Source of the DNA: Elusimicrobiales bacterium
GTDB lineage: Bacteria; Elusimicrobiota; Elusimicrobia; Elusimicrobiales; UBA9959
Direction: 5' to 3'
Assembly (NCBI GenBank): GCA_049972095.1
Contig: JBMFKQ010000040.1
Span: 1-11,028, forward strand
DNA length: 11,028 bases
A program made the position numbers and the translations under genes. Below are positions 6,942-11,028 of the stretch, piece after piece. Below the pieces are notes generated by a model that was not told where the DNA came from, did no database searches, and saw nothing but the letters and a program-made list of their open reading frames with translations. Positions within the stretch are counted from its first letter, which is position 1; each line of letters starts with the position of its first letter.

Positions 6942-7700
6942 ATGAAAAACTCTGCCTACTTTTCAGCTTTTGCTGTAATTTTTCTTACAGCATCGCTATT
7001 TTATTTTTTTGGTTTAAGTGCCGGAATAATAGCAGTTGCAGCTATTGGATTTGCGCTACTTTTTATTAAAACACTTGATACAGCAGGTAAAATAGATTTT
7101 TTTTCGCAGAAGGAGGATGCAAAAATCCTTGATGCAACAATTCTATCAGATCCAAGATGCCTTGACATAATATCAACGGGTTTTCTTGGAAGTAAATTTA
7201 TAATTCCAAAAAGTGTAATTGAGGATTTTCAAAAAAAAGCCTCTTTTAACGATGAAAGAATTAAAAATGATGCAAGAAGAGCTCTTGACATAATAGCAAG
7301 GTTGAAAGAAAACGAGAAGATAAGTGTTAGAGTAGAAAATACGGTTGCAGTTGAAAATCCATCAGACTCACCCCTTATAGATATGGCAAAAAAGTTTAAT
7401 TCAGAGATAGTTACCTCTGATTATGAGATTACAAAAGTAGGATTAATAAACGGTGTAAAGGTTCTTAACATACATGATCTACAGTTATCACTGAGGCAAA
7501 GTTTTCTTCCTGGGGATGAGATGACGATCTTTGTAGTAAAAGAAGGAAAGGATAGGAATCAAGGTGTTGGTTATCTTGATGATGGGACAATGGTTGTTAT
7601 TGAAAATGGATATTTCCACATAGGTAAAAAGGTGGAAGTGATAGTTCAATCAGTCCTCAAAAATCCAAACAGTAAGATAATATTTGCTAAACTAAAATGA
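6942..7700 (+). CDS. yacL: Membrane-anchored PIN + TRAM domain protein (YacL-like putative RNase)
   Basis: Two N-terminal hydrophobic helices. PIN-like KILDATILSDPR, FIIPKSVIEDFQ, RRALDII, IVTSD and VLNIHDL. TRAM region LPGD..VVKEGKDRNQGVGYLDDGTMVVIE..KIIFA. Its position between radA and ispD matches Bacillus yacL. Confidence 0.88.
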   Translation: MKNSAYFSAFAVIFLTASLFYFFGLSAGIIAVAAIGFALLFIKTLDTAGKIDFFSQKEDAKILDATILSDPRCLDIISTGFLGSKFIIPKSVIEDFQKKASFNDERIKNDARRALDIIARLKENEKISVRVENTVAVENPSDSPLIDMAKKFNSEIVTSDYEITKVGLINGVKVLNIHDLQLSLRQSFLPGDEMTIFVVKEGKDRNQGVGYLDDGTMVVIENGYFHIGKKVEVIVQSVLKNPNSKIIFAKLK

Positions 7701-8368
7701 ATAAAACCTCCGCCATAATCCTGGCTGCTGGACGATCACTAAGGGCAGGGAGTGATAAGCAGTTTCTTAAACTTAATGGAAGGTATCTTATAGAAGTAAC
7801 ACTTTCAAAATTTATATCAGAGGTTGATGAAATAGTAGTTGCACTTTCTAAAGATAACATAGAAAAACATTTAGATATTTTTTCAAATAGTAAGATAAAG
7901 GTTGTTGAAGGTGGAAACACAAGAATTGAGTCTTTAATTAATGCTTCAAGAAAGCTATCAGATAACTCGCAGATTATCCTTGTGCATGATGGAGCAAGGC
8001 CATTTGTATCAAAGCAGCTTATAAATAAGATGATATCTGCATCAAAGTCATACGGTTGCGCTGTTCCTGTCATACCGCTTAAAGACACTGTAAAAGAGGT
8101 AGATATAAACAGTCAGAAGGTAATAAAAACAATAGAAAGAGATAGACACTTTTTAGTTCAAACACCACAGGGCTACAGAAGAGATATCTTTGAAAGGATT
8201 GTTAAATCTATAACAAATACTTCATTTACAGATGACTCACAGATTGCAGAATCATTAGGTATGGAGGTAAGAGCAATTATAGGAGAGGAAACAAACATAA
8301 AAATAACTACACCGCTTGATATAATAATAGCAGGAGTTATATATGAAGAAACCCAAAAAAAGTTTTAA
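7697..8368 (+). CDS. ispD: 2-C-methyl-D-erythritol 4-phosphate cytidylyltransferase
   Basis: IILAAGRSLR..KQFL, GGNTRIES, LVHDGARPF, VQTPQ, FTDD and NIKITTPLD. Adjacent to ispF. Confidence 0.96.
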   Translation: MNKTSAIILAAGRSLRAGSDKQFLKLNGRYLIEVTLSKFISEVDEIVVALSKDNIEKHLDIFSNSKIKVVEGGNTRIESLINASRKLSDNSQIILVHDGARPFVSKQLINKMISASKSYGCAVPVIPLKDTVKEVDINSQKVIKTIERDRHFLVQTPQGYRRDIFERIVKSITNTSFTDDSQIAESLGMEVRAIIGEETNIKITTPLDIIIAGVIYEETQKKF

Positions 8369-8846
8369 TCTAAGAGTGGGATATGGCTTTGACCTTCACA
8401 GACTTATTGAGGGAAGGAAGCTTATAATAGGGGGGGTTGAGATACCATCAAAAAAGGGAATGCTTGGACATTCTGATGGTGATGTGGTTATACATGCTAT
8501 ATGTGATGCGATCCTAGGTTCGATAGGGGAGGGTGAGATAGGAGTCTATTTCCCCCCAACTGATCTTACAATAATGGGTATTTCAAGCAGGATGATAGCA
8601 GAGAAAACACTTGAGATCTTAAAATCAAAAAATGGAGAGATAAATCAGATTGATATTGTAATAATTGCAGAGGAACCAAAGATAAAACCATACTATGATG
8701 ATATTAAAAAATCCATTGCTGAGATATTTAAAATAACTCAAACAGATGTTAACCTTAAGGCAAAAACAATGGAGGGACTTGGTGATATAGGAAAAGGTGA
8801 GGGAATTATATGCCATGCTGTAGTTACCGTAAAGATATACTGCTAA
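8343..8846 (+). CDS. ispF: 2-C-methyl-D-erythritol 2,4-cyclodiphosphate synthase
   Basis: RVGYGFDLH (Zn ligands D, H), GHSDGDVVIHAICDAILG and NLKAKTMEGLG. Confidence 0.97.
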   Translation: MKKPKKSFNLRVGYGFDLHRLIEGRKLIIGGVEIPSKKGMLGHSDGDVVIHAICDAILGSIGEGEIGVYFPPTDLTIMGISSRMIAEKTLEILKSKNGEINQIDIVIIAEEPKIKPYYDDIKKSIAEIFKITQTDVNLKAKTMEGLGDIGKGEGIICHAVVTVKIYC

Positions 8847-9232
8847 TTATCATCTTTTTTGTTTCATGTATGTATACAAACCCAGAGAAAAAAACATACT
8901 TAATAAAGTCAGATGAAAAAGGTGAAAAGGATATTATTAATCTTAATTTTCCCTCTCAGATTTTTTATTTAAGTAAGACGCCAGACTATGCTCTTGAAGA
9001 GAGATTTAGGGAGAGTGTTGATAATGCCTGGGAAAGGGCATATGAAAAATACTCAATAAATTTTAACTACTCAATATTGCCTGATGGTGCAGTTTATCCT
9101 TATTCGCAGGTTAAGGTAGTGTGTATGAGTGATGCCAAAACCTTTTCATCAAATAAATTTATTGAAAACTGTAATTATTTTTTTAGTGTTATAAAGGATA
9201 ACCTTTTGAAAATAAAAGGGGATAAACGATGA
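8810..9232 (+). CDS. Hypothetical protein, predicted lipoprotein
   Basis: It fills the ispF-cysS gap exactly. SD-like GGTGAGGGA (8796-8804) lies 5 nt before ATG 8810, and there is an ATGA overlap with cysS. The N-terminus RK-DILLIIIFF-VSC resembles a signal peptidase II signal (Cys20, codon 8867-8869). Confidence 0.75.
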   Translation: MPCCSYRKDILLIIIFFVSCMYTNPEKKTYLIKSDEKGEKDIINLNFPSQIFYLSKTPDYALEERFRESVDNAWERAYEKYSINFNYSILPDGAVYPYSQVKVVCMSDAKTFSSNKFIENCNYFFSVIKDNLLKIKGDKR

Positions 9233-10629
9233 AAATATATAACACTCTCAGCAAAAACATCGAAGAGATAAAAACTGTTGAAGAAGGAGTGGTTAAAATA
9301 TATACCTGTGGACCTACTGTCTATACCTATGCACATATAGGAAACCTAAGGACCTACATATTTGAGGACTTCCTTGTAAGAGCATTGATGTTTGAAGGAT
9401 ATAAGGTTGTAAGGGTCATGAATATAACAGATGTTGGACATCTTACAAGTGATAATGATTATGGCGAAGATAAAATAGAAATAGGCGCAAAAAGGGAAGG
9501 GAAAACTGCATGGGATATAGCAAGGTTTTACACAGATGCTTTTTTTGATGATTTTAAAGAGCTGAATTGCATAATGCCTGACTATATTCCAAAAGCCACA
9601 GAGCATATAAAAGAGATGATAGACATGATAAAGAAGCTTGAAGATAAAGGCTATACTTATAGAACATCCGATGGAATATACTTTGATACATCAAAATTTC
9701 CCTATTACTATAAGCTTGTTGGAAAATCACATATAGAAGGCATAAAAGAAGGAGCAAGAATAGAGTTCAGCAAAGAGAAAAAAAACCTTCGAGATTTTGC
9801 TCTCTGGAAGTTTTCTCCAAAAAATGTTAAAAGACAGATGGAATGGGACTCACCATGGGGAGTTGGTTTTCCTGGTTGGCATATAGAATGTTCTGCAATG
9901 AGCATAAAATATCTTGGGCAGCCATTTGATATACATTGCGGTGGGGTTGATCATATACCGATACATCATACAAACGAAATAGCCCAGGCGGAGTGTGCAA
10001 ATGATAAGCCATTTTCAAGCTATTGGGTTCATGGTGAGTTTTTAGTGCTCAAATCATCAGAAAAGATGTCTAAATCACTTGGAAACTTTCTAACACTCTC
10101 AAGCCTTAAAGAAAATGGATTTTCTGCCATGGATTATAGATATCTCTGTGCTCAAACACACTATAGAAAACAGCTTGAATTTTCATTTGAAGCAATGGAA
10201 TCAGCTAAAAATGGTTATAGACACTTAAAAAGTTCAATAGAAGAACTAATGAGGGCAAAAGAAAACACTGATTTAGAACTAAAAGAAATAAACTCAAACC
10301 CATACTTTATTCAGTTTTCAAATAATATATCAAATGATCTAAATATACCAAATGCAATTGCGGTTCTCTGGGATATGATAAGAGATAAAAAACTAAAGCC
10401 ATCGCTTAGAATTGCTCTTGTAGAAAGATTTGATGAGGTTCTTGGGCTTAACCTTTTAAAGGAAGAAAAAATTGAAATTCCTACTGAGATAATTGAGCTT
10501 GTTAAAAAAAGATCTGAACTCAGAAAACAGAAAAATTATACTGAGGCTGACAGAATAAGGGAGATGATAAAGCAAAGGGGTTATATCATCCAAGATACTC
10601 CATCAGGCCCTGTTATTAAAAGGATATGA
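9229..10629 (+). CDS. cysS: Cysteine--tRNA ligase
   Basis: YTCGPTVY, HIGN (HIGH motif), DFALWK, WDSPWGVGFPGWHIECSAM, HHTNE, KMSKSLGN and the C-terminal anticodon-binding helix ADRIR..G..IQD. Confidence 0.98.
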   Translation: MKIYNTLSKNIEEIKTVEEGVVKIYTCGPTVYTYAHIGNLRTYIFEDFLVRALMFEGYKVVRVMNITDVGHLTSDNDYGEDKIEIGAKREGKTAWDIARFYTDAFFDDFKELNCIMPDYIPKATEHIKEMIDMIKKLEDKGYTYRTSDGIYFDTSKFPYYYKLVGKSHIEGIKEGARIEFSKEKKNLRDFALWKFSPKNVKRQMEWDSPWGVGFPGWHIECSAMSIKYLGQPFDIHCGGVDHIPIHHTNEIAQAECANDKPFSSYWVHGEFLVLKSSEKMSKSLGNFLTLSSLKENGFSAMDYRYLCAQTHYRKQLEFSFEAMESAKNGYRHLKSSIEELMRAKENTDLELKEINSNPYFIQFSNNISNDLNIPNAIAVLWDMIRDKKLKPSLRIALVERFDEVLGLNLLKEEKIEIPTEIIELVKKRSELRKQKNYTEADRIREMIKQRGYIIQDTPSGPVIKRI

Positions 10630-11028
10630 AGAAAAGAGACAAGATAATACAATATATAAATGAATATCTAAAGATTGAAACTTTCTATGATCGTTCATTA
10701 AATGGTGTTCAGATTGAGGGTAAAGATGATGTAAAAAAGCTTCTTTTTGCTGTAAGCTACTCATACAGTGTTGGAGAGTATGCTCAAAGAAACTTATTTG
10801 ATATGATAGTGGTCCATCATGGTATATTCTGGGATGAGATAGTTCCAATATGTGGAAATCTTAAAAAAAGAATTGAGGTTCTAATAAAAAATAATATAAC
10901 CCTTGCAGCATATCATATACCGCTTGATGCACATCCAAGAATTGGAAATAATATGTCAATAATAAAGCTTTTCGGTTGTGATAAAACAAAAAGATTTGCA
11001 AACTATCACGGCAACAAAATTGGCTTTA
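10626..11028 (+). CDS. Nif3-like / DUF34 (YbgI-type) dinuclear metal-centre protein, 3' truncated by window end
   Basis: My translation from ATG 10626 (ATGA overlap with cysS) is open to the window end: MKKRDKIIQYINEYLKIETFYDRSLNGVQIEG...DMIVVHHGIFW...LAAYHIPLDAHPRIGNN. The NG.Q.EG, HHG and YH.PLD.H..GNN motifs are diagnostic for the family. Confidence 0.93.
   Translation, partial: MKKRDKIIQYINEYLKIETFYDRSLNGVQIEGKDDVKKLLFAVSYSYSVGEYAQRNLFDMIVVHHGIFWDEIVPICGNLKKRIEVLIKNNITLAAYHIPLDAHPRIGNNMSIIKLFGCDKTKRFANYHGNKIGF

Noticed and set aside
8532..8543. IspF GEIG instead of canonical GDIG
   Set aside because: A conservative D-to-E change with all metal ligands intact, which gives no ground for claiming altered function.
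8430..8557. Homopolymer runs (G7 at 8430-8436 and C6 at 8552-8557 in ispF, plus A8 runs in radA and yacL) as phase-variation sites
   Set aside because: They are short, in-frame and within housekeeping genes, as expected from Gly/Pro/Lys codons.
8847..9228. T-box leader upstream of cysS
   Set aside because: The interval is fully occupied by an ORF with an SD and overlaps on both sides. I see no T-box consensus or terminator.
876..10848. All minus-strand ORFs in the track (63-139 aa, e.g. 4588-5007, 7687-8088, 10603-10848)
   Set aside because: Each lies antisense to well-supported + strand genes and has no recognisable motif, so they are treated as shadow ORFs.

Overview
An AT-rich bacterial core-genome segment with 12 tightly packed, co-oriented (+ strand) genes: dnaB - alr - mlaE - mlaF - mlaD(long) - radA - [137-nt gap] - PIN/TRAM (YacL-like) - ispD - ispF - unknown predicted lipoprotein - cysS - Nif3/DUF34 (truncated by the window end and missing from the ORF track). 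I see no mobile element, CRISPR array, rRNA or tRNA. The most interesting feature is a three-gene Mla/MCE lipid-transport module. Its 435-aa MlaD has an N-terminal membrane anchor, an MCE domain, about 125 residues of predicted helix and a C-terminal region of about 10 amphipathic beta-strands that looks like an outer-membrane barrel. This suggests a single-polypeptide trans-envelope bridge of the kind described in Veillonella, with no mlaA, mlaB or mlaC in the locus. Other points worth checking are the gene order, which seems to join two known conserved blocks at radA, a potentially structured intergenic region where disA sits in Bacillus, an orphan lipoprotein between ispF and cysS, a shortened and divergent PIN-TRAM protein, and a variant-type CysRS. 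All calls come from motif recognition by eye, and no searches were run.
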